NCBI GenBank assembly: GCA_016200485.1
Contig: JACQEP010000016.1
Location: 139,067-203,066 of the forward strand
Direction of reading: 5' to 3'
Source of the DNA: Gammaproteobacteria bacterium
Lineage (GTDB): Bacteria; Pseudomonadota; Gammaproteobacteria; Tenderiales; Tenderiaceae
Length of the DNA stretch: 64,000 nt
The notes under the pieces are model-generated. The model did no database searches. It saw only the letters and a list, made by a program, of their open reading frames with translations, and was not told the origin of the DNA. Both the position numbers and the translations under genes were made by a program. Below, in pieces: positions 17,534 through 27,805 of the stretch; position 1 is the stretch's first letter; the number at the start of each line of letters is the position of its first letter.

Positions 17534-20500
17534 TCAACTGACGGCAGAATGTTCCAGCACCCGGGTTAACGCCTCATTAAGATCATTGGTCACCACCGGT
17601 TTGAGCATGTATTCTCGAATACCAATTTGCCTGGCCTCTTCCGGACCCACCCGCTGGCTATAACCGGTACACATAATCACTGGCAGCTCGGGCCGCATAT
17701 GCAGCAACTCCCGCGCCAGCATATCGCCCGTCATTTCCGGCATATTTTGATCGGTAATGACCAGATCAAAATCCTTGGGATTTTTTTTGAAAAGGGACAA
17801 TGCCTCACGCGGCTTATTGCAGACCGTGACATGATAGCCCAGGCGCTCAAGCATCCGCTGCATCACCGACGTCTGCAGCTCTTCATCATCGACAATGAGC
17901 AGTCTTTCTTTTCCGGCACGCATCGATTTCGCTTTCTCACTCGCCTTATCCATGGTCTTGGCCGTCACCCTCGGCAGATACACCTCAAAGCGGGAACCTT
18001 TCCCTGGTTCACTAGACACGGCAATCGTACCTTTGGCCGCCGTCACAATCCCATGCACTGCCGCCAACCCCATGCCAGAACCTTGCCCCACCGGCTTGGT
18101 GGTAAAGAAGGGATCAAAAATCCTGGACAACACGTTGGGAGAAATACCACTGCCATTATCCGCAATCAGCAAACGCACGTAATCGCCCGCAGCCAGGTCA
18201 TTGACCTCTTTTTCCTGCAACACAATTTCATCCAGCTGAATATTGATCACACCGGGTCGCTCGCCAATGGCATGACTGGCGTTCACGATCAAATTCATTG
18301 CCACTTGCTGAAACTGACCTGACTCCAACATGACTTCTGCTGCAGGCGCATTCAAACTCGCTTTAATTTCGATACTACTGGGGATCGCGGACCGCAGCAA
18401 AGCAATCACTTCTTGAGTAACCGTTTGCGGGATCACGTTAGTCATCTCTGCTTCGGCTTGGCGGCTAAATGCCAAAATACGTGCCACCAGATTTTTAGCC
18501 CTGTTCGCCGCTGTAATTATTTGCGTCAAATTCTGTTTGGCGACCCCATCGGCGGGCACTTCATCTCGCGTCAACTCCGCAAAGCCCAAAATAGCCGACA
18601 GAATATTGTTAAAATCATGCGCAATTCCACCCGCCAGGGTGCCTATGGCCTCCAACTTCTGCGTTTGGCGCTCACGCTGCTCTTCAACCGCCTCACCGGT
18701 AACATCGCGCACACCGACGATGTAATTTACTATATTGCCCGCATGATCCTTCACTGGTGAGATAGACAATTCCTCACTGTACTCCGACCCACCGCGGCGT
18801 TTTACCTGACGCCGATATTTAAATCGCTCATCTTCACCATAGCTTCTCGCTGCCCCCTGCGCCATCCCCGTTAAGTCAACACCAAACATCGACTCAACGT
18901 CATTGCCAATCACAGCCGCAGGAGTTCGGCCCGAAATTGCATAATAGGCAGGATTGGCATATTCCACACCGCCGATGGTATCCAAGATCAAAACCCCATC
19001 CAATGACTGATCGATCGCCATCACCAGCATGCGTGCTCGCAGCTCAGAATTCTTGCGCGCTGTGACATCCGAAAACACCCCACGATAGCTGACCAGTCCG
19101 TCATCATCATCGAAAACGGGTACCATATTGCACATCAGGCAAATATCTTTATTGCGCCTGCCAACCACCCAGAATTCTTCGTTAAGCAACTTCGATCGAT
19201 TCAACCCTGCGCCCTGGAACAATTTTCTGACTCGCGTCTCGTCATCCGGAACAATCATTTCCAACATCGATTTTCCAATCAGCTCGTTTGCATCATAACC
19301 CAGAATATCCGCCACCTTATCCGAGCAATATATAAATTTGAGGCTGGAATCAAACTCCCAAACCGCGTTCGACACACTATCCACAATCGACCGCAGGCGC
19401 TCCTCTGATTCCATACGCTCCAGCTCTGCCGCTGCGCGCATCGCGCAAATCTGCAACATGGACTCGGCGACCTCTACGCTTGGGGTCGCACTATGACTCC
19501 ACATCGAAATCATGCCAACAACCACGCCATCGACACGAACTATCGGCGTAGTCACATGAGATCTCACCTTAATGACAACCACCGGCTCACCCATCGGCCT
19601 TGGCAGCACCACGTCAAGACCCTGCTCACTCACCGCCACATTTCGTGCCAGACTATGCGCGCCCCCGGTAACGCCGTGGGTAAAATTATCGCCAATGCTT
19701 CCTTCGTTCCACACGGCAAGACTGCGCAATTTATCTCCTTTTGTGGATAACCGCGAAATAGCCACATAATCCATCTCCAGCCCCATCGCCAGCTGCCGTG
19801 CAAGCTCCGCAAAGAAATTTGAACCTTTACCCGCGGGAACGATTTTCGCAATTGCCCGCAACCCCGCCTCAACTCGCCCTCGCTTGTCCTGCTCCAATTT
19901 CAGAGAAATAGAATCCGCCATCGAAGTCGCAAAATTTTGTTCGTCCAGGGCCCAGCCGTATGATGCACCCGATTGCTCACATACAACCATACCTGCAACA
20001 TGCCCCGCCATCCTGATCGCGGAAATCAATACACTACTTGTCTCTTCGTGCAACAATCCATTTTTCTTTATCGCAGCACCCCGTTCATCCTTATCAAGAT
20101 CCACAATCGCCAACACACCACCACGATCCAAGCAATCAATCGCGCCCTTGACGTCATCTAGAAATACATCCTCACGGCTATTATGCTGATGGCCAACATG
20201 ATCGTACGAATCCATGCATGTATAGCCAATCCCCTTGCCATTTGCGATCCACACGCCTACTCGCGATACTTGCAGCGCGGCCGCAGCACCCTCGCTGTAA
20301 TATTTAATCACGCTTGCAAGTGATGTTGAATCAGAAATCTCGATTTTTGCCAAATCACGCAATACCCGATTTTGCCGGCCCAGCCGTTGCTCGGCTGTTT
20401 GTAATGCCTTCTCGTATTCTTTACGTGCCGTAATATCCGTTCTTATCGCAATATATTGCGTATTTTCACCACGTTCATTCTTATATGGCACAATGGTCGA

Positions 20501-21415
20501 ATAGACCCAATAAAGCTGCCCGCCTTTTGCGCGATTCAATACCTGACCATTCCATACTTCACCCTTCGATAGGGTGCGCCACATATGGGCAAAGAACTCT
20601 TTGGGATGATAACCAGAGTTAATTATTCGATGCGTATTTCCCAGTAGCTCTTCACGGCTATACCCACTAATTTCACAAAATTTGTCGTTGACATGGGTAA
20701 TTACCCCGTTCACATCGGTAACGGCCACGATTGAATGCTGATCCAAGGCATATTTCTGCGCTTCCGCCGCACGCAGAACTTCTTCCAGCTGCCTTGCATT
20801 CTGATTATCGTATTGCTGGTATTTTCGCATCGTCCACAGCAACATACCCAGTATCATCACGAACCCTGTCACTGTGACTATTAATGCACTTTCCAGCCGA
20901 TCATGCGTGGCCTCCGCTACTGCATCGACATCATCGGAAACGTGCGCGGCACGCGCTACCAGAATTTCCGAGATATCGCGCAAATCCTTGGCGATCTTAC
21001 TCTGCAGATTCGCGTCACCAGCCGCCTTCTTATATTCCGAGACCAGCGAAGGCAGCTGCATCAGCTCATTTGAATACAACACCAACTCCAGCCGTATATG
21101 CTCCTCCTTGACCGGATCAATCTCGCGGCCATGATATTGCCCCCCCGACACCAGCAAGGTAATGACACGGATGGCCTCATCGGTTTCTGCACGTGCCGAT
21201 TCTAATTTATCTGAAGCCCGTTCCTTGGCAAGAACAGCATCCCCCAGGATCTCCCGGACATTGATTACTTTCAGATAAAACTCTCTGCCGATCCTGATGA
21301 CATCTTCATTGTCTTTGTCCTGCTCCAGAAAATTTAAGGCCGCCACGATGAAGCCCAGCATCAAGGCCACGGCCACCCCCAGCAGGTAATTTGTTTTAAC
21401 GATCCCTTGATTCAT
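17534..21415 (-). CDS. Hybrid sensor histidine kinase (TM, PAS, GAF, GAF, PAS, PAS, HisKA, HATPase, REC)
   Basis: GGIAHDFNNIL H-box, NLIVNA, DNGSGI, FDPFFTTK, GSGMGL; receiver IVDDE/ITDQNMP/KP. Confidence 0.95.
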   Translation of the reverse strand: MNQGIVKTNYLLGVAVALMLGFIVAALNFLEQDKDNEDVIRIGREFYLKVINVREILGDAVLAKERASDKLESARAETDEAIRVITLLVSGGQYHGREIDPVKEEHIRLELVLYSNELMQLPSLVSEYKKAAGDANLQSKIAKDLRDISEILVARAAHVSDDVDAVAEATHDRLESALIVTVTGFVMILGMLLWTMRKYQQYDNQNARQLEEVLRAAEAQKYALDQHSIVAVTDVNGVITHVNDKFCEISGYSREELLGNTHRIINSGYHPKEFFAHMWRTLSKGEVWNGQVLNRAKGGQLYWVYSTIVPYKNERGENTQYIAIRTDITARKEYEKALQTAEQRLGRQNRVLRDLAKIEISDSTSLASVIKYYSEGAAAALQVSRVGVWIANGKGIGYTCMDSYDHVGHQHNSREDVFLDDVKGAIDCLDRGGVLAIVDLDKDERGAAIKKNGLLHEETSSVLISAIRMAGHVAGMVVCEQSGASYGWALDEQNFATSMADSISLKLEQDKRGRVEAGLRAIAKIVPAGKGSNFFAELARQLAMGLEMDYVAISRLSTKGDKLRSLAVWNEGSIGDNFTHGVTGGAHSLARNVAVSEQGLDVVLPRPMGEPVVVIKVRSHVTTPIVRVDGVVVGMISMWSHSATPSVEVAESMLQICAMRAAAELERMESEERLRSIVDSVSNAVWEFDSSLKFIYCSDKVADILGYDANELIGKSMLEMIVPDDETRVRKLFQGAGLNRSKLLNEEFWVVGRRNKDICLMCNMVPVFDDDDGLVSYRGVFSDVTARKNSELRARMLVMAIDQSLDGVLILDTIGGVEYANPAYYAISGRTPAAVIGNDVESMFGVDLTGMAQGAARSYGEDERFKYRRQVKRRGGSEYSEELSISPVKDHAGNIVNYIVGVRDVTGEAVEEQRERQTQKLEAIGTLAGGIAHDFNNILSAILGFAELTRDEVPADGVAKQNLTQIITAANRAKNLVARILAFSRQAEAEMTNVIPQTVTQEVIALLRSAIPSSIEIKASLNAPAAEVMLESGQFQQVAMNLIVNASHAIGERPGVINIQLDEIVLQEKEVNDLAAGDYVRLLIADNGSGISPNVLSRIFDPFFTTKPVGQGSGMGLAAVHGIVTAAKGTIAVSSEPGKGSRFEVYLPRVTAKTMDKASEKAKSMRAGKERLLIVDDEELQTSVMQRMLERLGYHVTVCNKPREALSLFKKNPKDFDLVITDQNMPEMTGDMLARELLHMRPELPVIMCTGYSQRVGPEEARQIGIREYMLKPVVTNDLNEALTRVLEHSAVS

Positions 21416-21456
21416 AATGCGATGTTTTATGTCCGGATTTTTGATGTCTCCTTATT

Positions 21457-21483
21457 TTTACGGTCTAAATTCATTAAACTTAA
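21457..21483 (-). promoter_or_regulatory. Putative sigma-28 promoter of the hybrid kinase
   Basis: Minus strand TTAAGTTT-N11-ACCGTAAA. Confidence 0.45.
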
Positions 21484-21529
21484 GCTGAACCGGCTTTTTT
21501 TGGGCATCCCTTTGAATTCAAAAAATTTT

Positions 21530-21542
21530 TAACCTATTGATA
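21530..21542 (-). promoter_or_regulatory. Putative IHF binding site
   Basis: TATCAA-TAGG-TTA matches WATCAA-N4-TTR within a very AT-rich tract. Confidence 0.5.
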
Positions 21543-21699
21543 TAAATATATTTTTATCTAAAAATTTATATGTTGCCCCTTTTTGCTCAATTATTATGTT
21601 TAAGCTCGATTTATAATCTCTACGTCCGGCGGCCCGAGGTGCAGCCCCTGCCCCCGCTCTCGCGTATAATCACCCTCTTTACTTTAGCGGATAAGCCTC

Positions 21700-22500
21700 G
21701 TGCGCAGAAACAAGCCCCAAACCCCGTCTCGCCATCCACGTAGCCCCACACCTATCCGCCGTGAAGTTAAATACTATGGCCAGGCGGCGTGTTGGGCGCT
21801 CTGGCAAAACCGTGCCCGCGATATCATTCGCATTTATGTCACTGACGAGACCATGGGCTTATTTGGACCCGCGTTGAAGTGGGTCGCCGCCCAGCGCAAG
21901 GCCTATCACATCGTGACCAATGACGATATCGAACGCTTGACCGAATCGATTCATCATCAAGGCGTATGCATTCTTGCCTACGAAGCCAGCGCCTTGGATT
22001 TCTCCGATTTAGTCAAGTTCATCAAGGCCGACGGACGGGCGCAGATGATCGTTTATCTGGATGGGGTTGAGAATCCTCATAATCTGGGCGCCATTATTCG
22101 CACCTGTGCCCACTTTGGCATTCGTTTCATTGTCGGTCCGGAAAAGGCGCTGCCACGTTTATCGTCCTCTGCCTGCCGCGTCGCCGAAGGTGGTGCGGAA
22201 AAGGTTGCACTCTGTTATTTGCAGAACCCAGCCAAGCAACTTAAAGAATTTCAGCAACTCGAATTTAAACTCTGCGCGACAGCCGTTGGCAAGGGAAAAT
22301 CGCTTTATCGCCATCATTTCCCTGGCCGGACATTGCTTATATTGGGTGCCGAGGGGGAAGGTGTTTCGCGCGCTACGCTTGCCAGCGCTGAAACCACGTT
22401 ATGCATTCCAGGCAGCGGTGACGTTGAAAGTTTAAACGTTTCGGTCGCCTTTGGTGTGATTGCAGGCGAGTTTTATCGTCAGCAACATCTTGGCGAATAA
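21700..22500 (+). CDS. SpoU/TrmH family RNA methyltransferase (YfiF-like)
   Basis: DGVENPHNLGAIIRT, LGAEGEGV, IPGSGDVESLNVSVA. Confidence 0.9.
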   Translation: MRRNKPQTPSRHPRSPTPIRREVKYYGQAACWALWQNRARDIIRIYVTDETMGLFGPALKWVAAQRKAYHIVTNDDIERLTESIHHQGVCILAYEASALDFSDLVKFIKADGRAQMIVYLDGVENPHNLGAIIRTCAHFGIRFIVGPEKALPRLSSSACRVAEGGAEKVALCYLQNPAKQLKEFQQLEFKLCATAVGKGKSLYRHHFPGRTLLILGAEGEGVSRATLASAETTLCIPGSGDVESLNVSVAFGVIAGEFYRQQHLGE

Positions 22501-24621
22501 TCAGCGCGCCAGCGAGGGACGTGCCCGTAATGTCGCCGCCTGCGCCTTTTTACTGAACACTATAGCCATCGGCGATTCCACCACCGGCCATTGCCCCTTG
22601 GCGATATTCGTTGGCTCGGCACCATTAAATACCAGAAAACTATATTTACCATAGTGCGGCAACTTGCGCGCCAATCCCGGCACTGCCGCCGCCTGACGTG
22701 TCGCCAACCAGGCGATCGCGTGCGTTGAGTTCGCCTTTGCCCTGGTCGTCAACACGATGCTGTGATCATTCAGATCATATGTGCCTTCAGTCATGGTCAG
22801 CGAATTGCCTTGAGTGATCACCCCCTGCCCTGACAATAACTCGTGCATTTGTGTGGCGAAACGATTCTCCGTCCCCAACAGCCATACCGCCCGATCGCGG
22901 GGCAAGGTGTTAATTTCGTTATCGCGACGTACCTGGATTTCAGAATTTTCCTGGCGCCAGACATCAATCAACGATTGAAACGCCGTCATCATTTCCGGGC
23001 TGGCCTTTGCTGGCAGCAGCACCAATATTTTCTCGGCACCGAATATCTGAGACAGGGCTGCCGGGATTTCAGCGCGACTCACGCGCCGAAAGACATCAAA
23101 CTCCGGATCAACATCCAGCCGCAGCGGCTCGGCTGGCAGATCAAGTGCGAACGATATGATTTTAGTTTTCATCTCGATCACGGATTGCCATGCCTGCGCC
23201 TGCCCGGCCAAGGTAACCGCCACCGGCACCTGTAATGCAAATGCTTCGTCTTTTTGAGTTTGCTGCAGCTCACCCTGAATGCGCCACCTTGTGCCATGTC
23301 GCTGTCGTATCACCTTGCTCAACGCCAGCGCCGGCGCCCCACTACGCATTGTCCATTGCCTGAAGAATTCTGCCTGCTGTTTACCGCTTACCTCGGAAAA
23401 AATCTGTGCGAGATCGCTAAAGCTTGCCGCCTTGAATTGATAACGCCGGTAAAGTTGGCGCAACCCTTCAATAAAGACATCATCCCCAAGCTGTTGGCGC
23501 AGCATATGAAATAGCATTTGCGATTTGCCATACCCCACGGCTTCACTGCTGGAGCCATGGCGCGCGGTAAAAGCTGTCAGCGGAAAATCTTTATTAGTTG
23601 AGACATAGTCAGAATAACCCTGGAGAATATCGCGCCGGTAATTAGTCGCATTACCATTCTGTTCTCTAATGAGATGATCGGCGAGATAGGAGGTCAACCC
23701 TTCCGACCAGTTGCCTTGCCGGTAATCAACGTAAACGCCGTTACCCCACCAGTTATGCAAAATCTCATGCGGATATGAGGTATGCAAAATAAACGGCATT
23801 CGAATCACCTTCGGCCCCAACAAAGTGAATGACGGCATGCCGTAACCTGTCTCCCAGAAATTCTCCACCACGGCAAACTTGGCATAGGGATACGGGCCGA
23901 TCAATTTACTGTACATCTCTATGTACTGCGCTGTGATGTCCAGATATTTTTTGGCCAGTGATTCATCGTTCTGGCGTAGAAATACCATTGCCTCAACATC
24001 GCTCGCTGATTTGTTGAATTCAAAGAATGGAGCGGCAATGAGATATATATCATCCTGGGGATTGGATTCACGCCAAGTAACCTGCTGTTGCCCGTCGGCA
24101 GTTGTCACTTGCTCACGACGCCCCTGACTGACCACTGTCCATGCTGATGGCACAGAAGCTTGTAGCTTAAAAGATACCAGCGCACCTTCGACAAGGGGAT
24201 ACCAACCCGCATTGGCAGCAAGAAATACTCCATCAGCAGATATCAATCCGGCAGGCTCTTCTTGATCCGAACCGGCAAGGCTTTCGATTTGGCCGCTATA
24301 TTTAAGCGTTACTTCTTTGTTTGCGGCGGGAATTGATATTTTGTATTTGCGTAATGCGAGCGCGCCATGTACATGCTTAATGTCCAACGGCTGAATATTA
24401 AACTCAGACTCAAGTTTCAGCGCGGCATTCAAATAGAACTCGATCTCAACCTTGTCCTTAGACTCTTGCGGCAGGTGAATCGTGTCCACAACGCTAATCG
24501 CATGCGATTCTGGAGCAAAGATTACTTTAAGATCGTGAGCAAAAGGTCGTGGCCAATTATCGGTAGCATAAGATACTTCAGTGGCAAGGGCGACGATTAA
24601 TGCCGTAATCAATATTCGCAT
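22501..24621 (-). CDS. Secreted M1 family aminopeptidase
   Basis: Signal peptide, GYGMP, HEILH...WSEG zinc motif, YGKS. Confidence 0.9.
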   Translation of the reverse strand: MRILITALIVALATEVSYATDNWPRPFAHDLKVIFAPESHAISVVDTIHLPQESKDKVEIEFYLNAALKLESEFNIQPLDIKHVHGALALRKYKISIPAANKEVTLKYSGQIESLAGSDQEEPAGLISADGVFLAANAGWYPLVEGALVSFKLQASVPSAWTVVSQGRREQVTTADGQQQVTWRESNPQDDIYLIAAPFFEFNKSASDVEAMVFLRQNDESLAKKYLDITAQYIEMYSKLIGPYPYAKFAVVENFWETGYGMPSFTLLGPKVIRMPFILHTSYPHEILHNWWGNGVYVDYRQGNWSEGLTSYLADHLIREQNGNATNYRRDILQGYSDYVSTNKDFPLTAFTARHGSSSEAVGYGKSQMLFHMLRQQLGDDVFIEGLRQLYRRYQFKAASFSDLAQIFSEVSGKQQAEFFRQWTMRSGAPALALSKVIRQRHGTRWRIQGELQQTQKDEAFALQVPVAVTLAGQAQAWQSVIEMKTKIISFALDLPAEPLRLDVDPEFDVFRRVSRAEIPAALSQIFGAEKILVLLPAKASPEMMTAFQSLIDVWRQENSEIQVRRDNEINTLPRDRAVWLLGTENRFATQMHELLSGQGVITQGNSLTMTEGTYDLNDHSIVLTTRAKANSTHAIAWLATRQAAAVPGLARKLPHYGKYSFLVFNGAEPTNIAKGQWPVVESPMAIVFSKKAQAATLRARPSLAR

Positions 24622-24654
24622 TTCGCCCCCCCCTGTCAAAACGCTTGTTGTCGT

Positions 24655-26727
24655 TTAGTCGAGCTGTACTTTCAATGACAAAAAGGCTGAGCGCGGATTT
24701 AGATTGCGGTAGGCGAACCGATTAGGGTCAAAATAACGATTGGGATCGGCTCCACTGCGGAGCAGTTCCATTTCCTCGTATGGCCCGAATATATTTCGCA
24801 TTGCCAGCGTCAGCTCAGTTTCATGTCCGAACATCCTGGTTGCTTGGCCAAGGGTTAGATCAAGTCGTTGCACCGGATCCCTGACGTCCGTAGACTCCCA
24901 TCCCTGCAGCTTATCGGTGAAGTAGAAGCCAGCGCTTGCTTTCCACTCGTGATTCAAATGATGCATCAACAATAGACTTAGATTATGTTGCGGTGCAGCA
25001 GCATTATAATCCGCCTTCGGGCCCGAAAAATATATCACCGTATGGTCAACATCTGCGTAGGCGTAGCCAAGATGTAATGAATTGTTTTCAGATAATTTGG
25101 TTCTAAATTCAATTTCAAGGCCATTTATGTAAAATGCATCAAGATTCTCATAACGTTCAACTTCATGATCGACGTTATCCGCCGGATAGGGACGAGATAT
25201 AAGTCGAATTAAATCGCGCACCCTTTCTTGATACAGCTTAATGTCAAAATTTGCGTCCCCAGATGCGCCGTTATAGCCAAGCTCGTAAGCGGTAATGTGT
25301 TCCGGTCTTGTTTGCTGCGTCCCCACCCAGCTCACACTGTTCAGAACCGGACCAGCTCCATGATTAGTCGTAGCATGAATGCCATACTCAGCGGCGTACT
25401 CAAACATCGAAGGTGTTCTGATGGCCTGTGAAGCCGTGAAACGCAGGCTATGCCCTGGCGCCACGGTATAAATCATACCGGCGCGAGGAGAAAAATGTGT
25501 GCCGGTGGTGCTGTAATCTTCAGCAAACAACCCTGCATTGACGCTTAGCGGCCCTTTAACATCCCATTCCGCACTCACAAACGCATCTTTGAGGAAATTA
25601 TCCAGCTCCTTTCCTTTCAGCAAATTTTCCGCGCCCCAGACACGATCCTCTCGTATCCCGCCACCCCATACCAACTGAAAATCAGGTGTCAGGCGCACAT
25701 TTTGTTGCAGTTCGAGATCAAAACGCTGGGTTTTGCGACCAAAGTCTACCAGTGTCTGGTCAACCGTAAATGGCCCTACCGAGAATCCACCAATAGTATA
25801 AGTTTCGTTGTTTCGTTGATAAATGTGATACAGCTGAATCGACAAACTGTTGTCGGCTGCCAATTTCCTTTCCCAACGCAGTTGCTGGTGGTGAGTCAAT
25901 AATTGTTTTTCACGGGGCACATTCAATACGCTGGAATAACTATTGATAACACCCCGTACGCCATCACTTACTCCTAGATCGACCATAATCGCGTCATTGG
26001 CATCAATCGCATAATCACCACGAAAGCCAGCGATTTGTGTTCTTTTGTAATCCCTTCTGACAGGCAAGCCATCGTCGTGGATATAGGCTGCGTTGACGCG
26101 ATAGTCCAGCTTGCCAAGACTGCTGCCGTGCCGGACAAACCCCTCGCGCACACCCTCATCACCTGCGTTCAGCTTGACCGAAGTTCCCCGATCCAGCTGT
26201 GCATGGCGGGTAGTAATACTGATGACGCCGAAGAAAGAATTGGCACCGTAGCTTGCCGAATTGGGGCCACGGACTACTTCAATTTTAACAATATCGTCGA
26301 TCGTGATCGGCAGTTCTGCCCACGGCACTCCGCCGACCGCTGTGACATAGACAGATCTGCCATCGATCAGCACCTGCATGCGGCGCGCATACCGATCCAA
26401 CGCCATGTGGTAACTGACAGAAGGCGTGTGGCCGTCGAAATAACCCACCTGAAACCCCGGTACCAGACGGAATAATTCCGGGATTTCACGCGCGCCACTG
26501 GCCTCGATCATGTCGTGATCAATAATGGTAACCGCAACCGGTGAATTGGTGACAGGCTGCACCAGACGTGTCACTGAGCTAACAACAGGTACATCACCGA
26601 GATACATTTCCTCAGTTGCGGGAGGTATCTCGGTCGCTTCGGCGCCCATCGCCGCCATCGAAAACAAGCTTATCCCCGACACTAATATACAGCGACCCCA
26701 TTCGCGTTCAAGCAACGCCACCGGCAT
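24655..26727 (-). CDS. TonB-dependent receptor
   Basis: Plug motifs (ELFRLVPG, VLIDGRS, IEVVRGPNSASYG..GVISITT), beta-barrel C-terminus. Confidence 0.92.
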   Translation of the reverse strand: MPVALLEREWGRCILVSGISLFSMAAMGAEATEIPPATEEMYLGDVPVVSSVTRLVQPVTNSPVAVTIIDHDMIEASGAREIPELFRLVPGFQVGYFDGHTPSVSYHMALDRYARRMQVLIDGRSVYVTAVGGVPWAELPITIDDIVKIEVVRGPNSASYGANSFFGVISITTRHAQLDRGTSVKLNAGDEGVREGFVRHGSSLGKLDYRVNAAYIHDDGLPVRRDYKRTQIAGFRGDYAIDANDAIMVDLGVSDGVRGVINSYSSVLNVPREKQLLTHHQQLRWERKLAADNSLSIQLYHIYQRNNETYTIGGFSVGPFTVDQTLVDFGRKTQRFDLELQQNVRLTPDFQLVWGGGIREDRVWGAENLLKGKELDNFLKDAFVSAEWDVKGPLSVNAGLFAEDYSTTGTHFSPRAGMIYTVAPGHSLRFTASQAIRTPSMFEYAAEYGIHATTNHGAGPVLNSVSWVGTQQTRPEHITAYELGYNGASGDANFDIKLYQERVRDLIRLISRPYPADNVDHEVERYENLDAFYINGLEIEFRTKLSENNSLHLGYAYADVDHTVIYFSGPKADYNAAAPQHNLSLLLMHHLNHEWKASAGFYFTDKLQGWESTDVRDPVQRLDLTLGQATRMFGHETELTLAMRNIFGPYEEMELLRSGADPNRYFDPNRFAYRNLNPRSAFLSLKVQLD

Positions 26728-26936
26728 TGGTGATCCCCTTATACTTTTCTTATCTTGATAATCGATCGTGGCCTGCCAACTCAGCTCACATAATAATAGA
26801 TTTATTAATGAATTAGAACGTTCAATAATGCCGATATCGATGCCTGGAGCGATTGCACTATTTTAATCATAGTAATCTTGCGCGCCTGATGTGCGCAAGA
26901 TTGGATGGATAGTACTTGAGAGAAATAAGAAGTTTA

Positions 26937-27803
26937 TTAAACCGCGATGCCGCGATCGCGCAATTCCTGTTTGGCCTCGAGGGCGAGCAAGGCCATTTCG
27001 AGTTCCCGCTCCCAATCATAGGGCTCGGCAAACTGCTCCGGAGCATAACGCTCTATGGCGTGGAAAGGTTCGTCCGCATAGATACGAACAATACGAGTTT
27101 CTTCGAGACTGGGGCTTAAATCCGGCCAGGCTTCGTGCAACATATTTTCTGGCCGCTGGATCGACCATTCATCAACGATCTTATAATTGGATGGCAACTG
27201 ATCGAAGGCCTCCGGCGTACCCGTCTGGCGTTGCTTGCTATATTCATTGACGTGTTCGGTATACACAAACACGATCAATTTTGGTTTGTGCTTGAGAATT
27301 TCAGGAGTGGAATTTATTCCCGAAGGCATCCACGCCGAGAACGCGACATCAAATTCAAAATCAACATCCTCCAGCGTACCAATGCATAGCTCATAAACAT
27401 CGGCATCATAAAATTCGGCGATCTGATTCGGCTTAGCATCCGGATCACGTAGGCCTATCACCTTCAATCCTTCACGCGCCAGCAAACTGCCAATGAACCC
27501 GTTACGCGCATGCACGTCCAGCACGATCGGCGCATTGGCAACGTGCTTGGCATAATAGGCAAACGCGCGGTTTTCTTCGCGCATCGGGTAATAATGCGCA
27601 ATTGTGGGGCCAAACTTCGCCGGATCGCGATCTGGATTGCTGAATATCAGATTATGCAGCGACAGATCTTTAATACGTTCAGCAAACGGCTTATTCACGT
27701 CCCAGGCCGCATGCTCCTTCTCCTGAAACGCGATCATACGGTTGAACATGGCCTCAGTGAAAGGCCCCATCTGTTTCAGTTTTTCAAAGCGTCTGTCCAT
27801 CAT
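26937..27803 (-). CDS. Hypothetical protein, SAM-dependent methyltransferase-like fold
   Basis: IVLDVHARNGFIGSLLAREGLKVIG resembles motif I; FDVAFSAWMP resembles motif IV. Confidence 0.65.
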   Translation of the reverse strand: MMDRRFEKLKQMGPFTEAMFNRMIAFQEKEHAAWDVNKPFAERIKDLSLHNLIFSNPDRDPAKFGPTIAHYYPMREENRAFAYYAKHVANAPIVLDVHARNGFIGSLLAREGLKVIGLRDPDAKPNQIAEFYDADVYELCIGTLEDVDFEFDVAFSAWMPSGINSTPEILKHKPKLIVFVYTEHVNEYSKQRQTGTPEAFDQLPSNYKIVDEWSIQRPENMLHEAWPDLSPSLEETRIVRIYADEPFHAIERYAPEQFAEPYDWERELEMALLALEAKQELRDRGIAV

Positions 27804-27805
27804 AA

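Noticed and set aside
16413..18322. Plus-strand ORFs of 303 and 231 aa
   Set aside because: Antisense to the MotA-like gene and the hybrid kinase.
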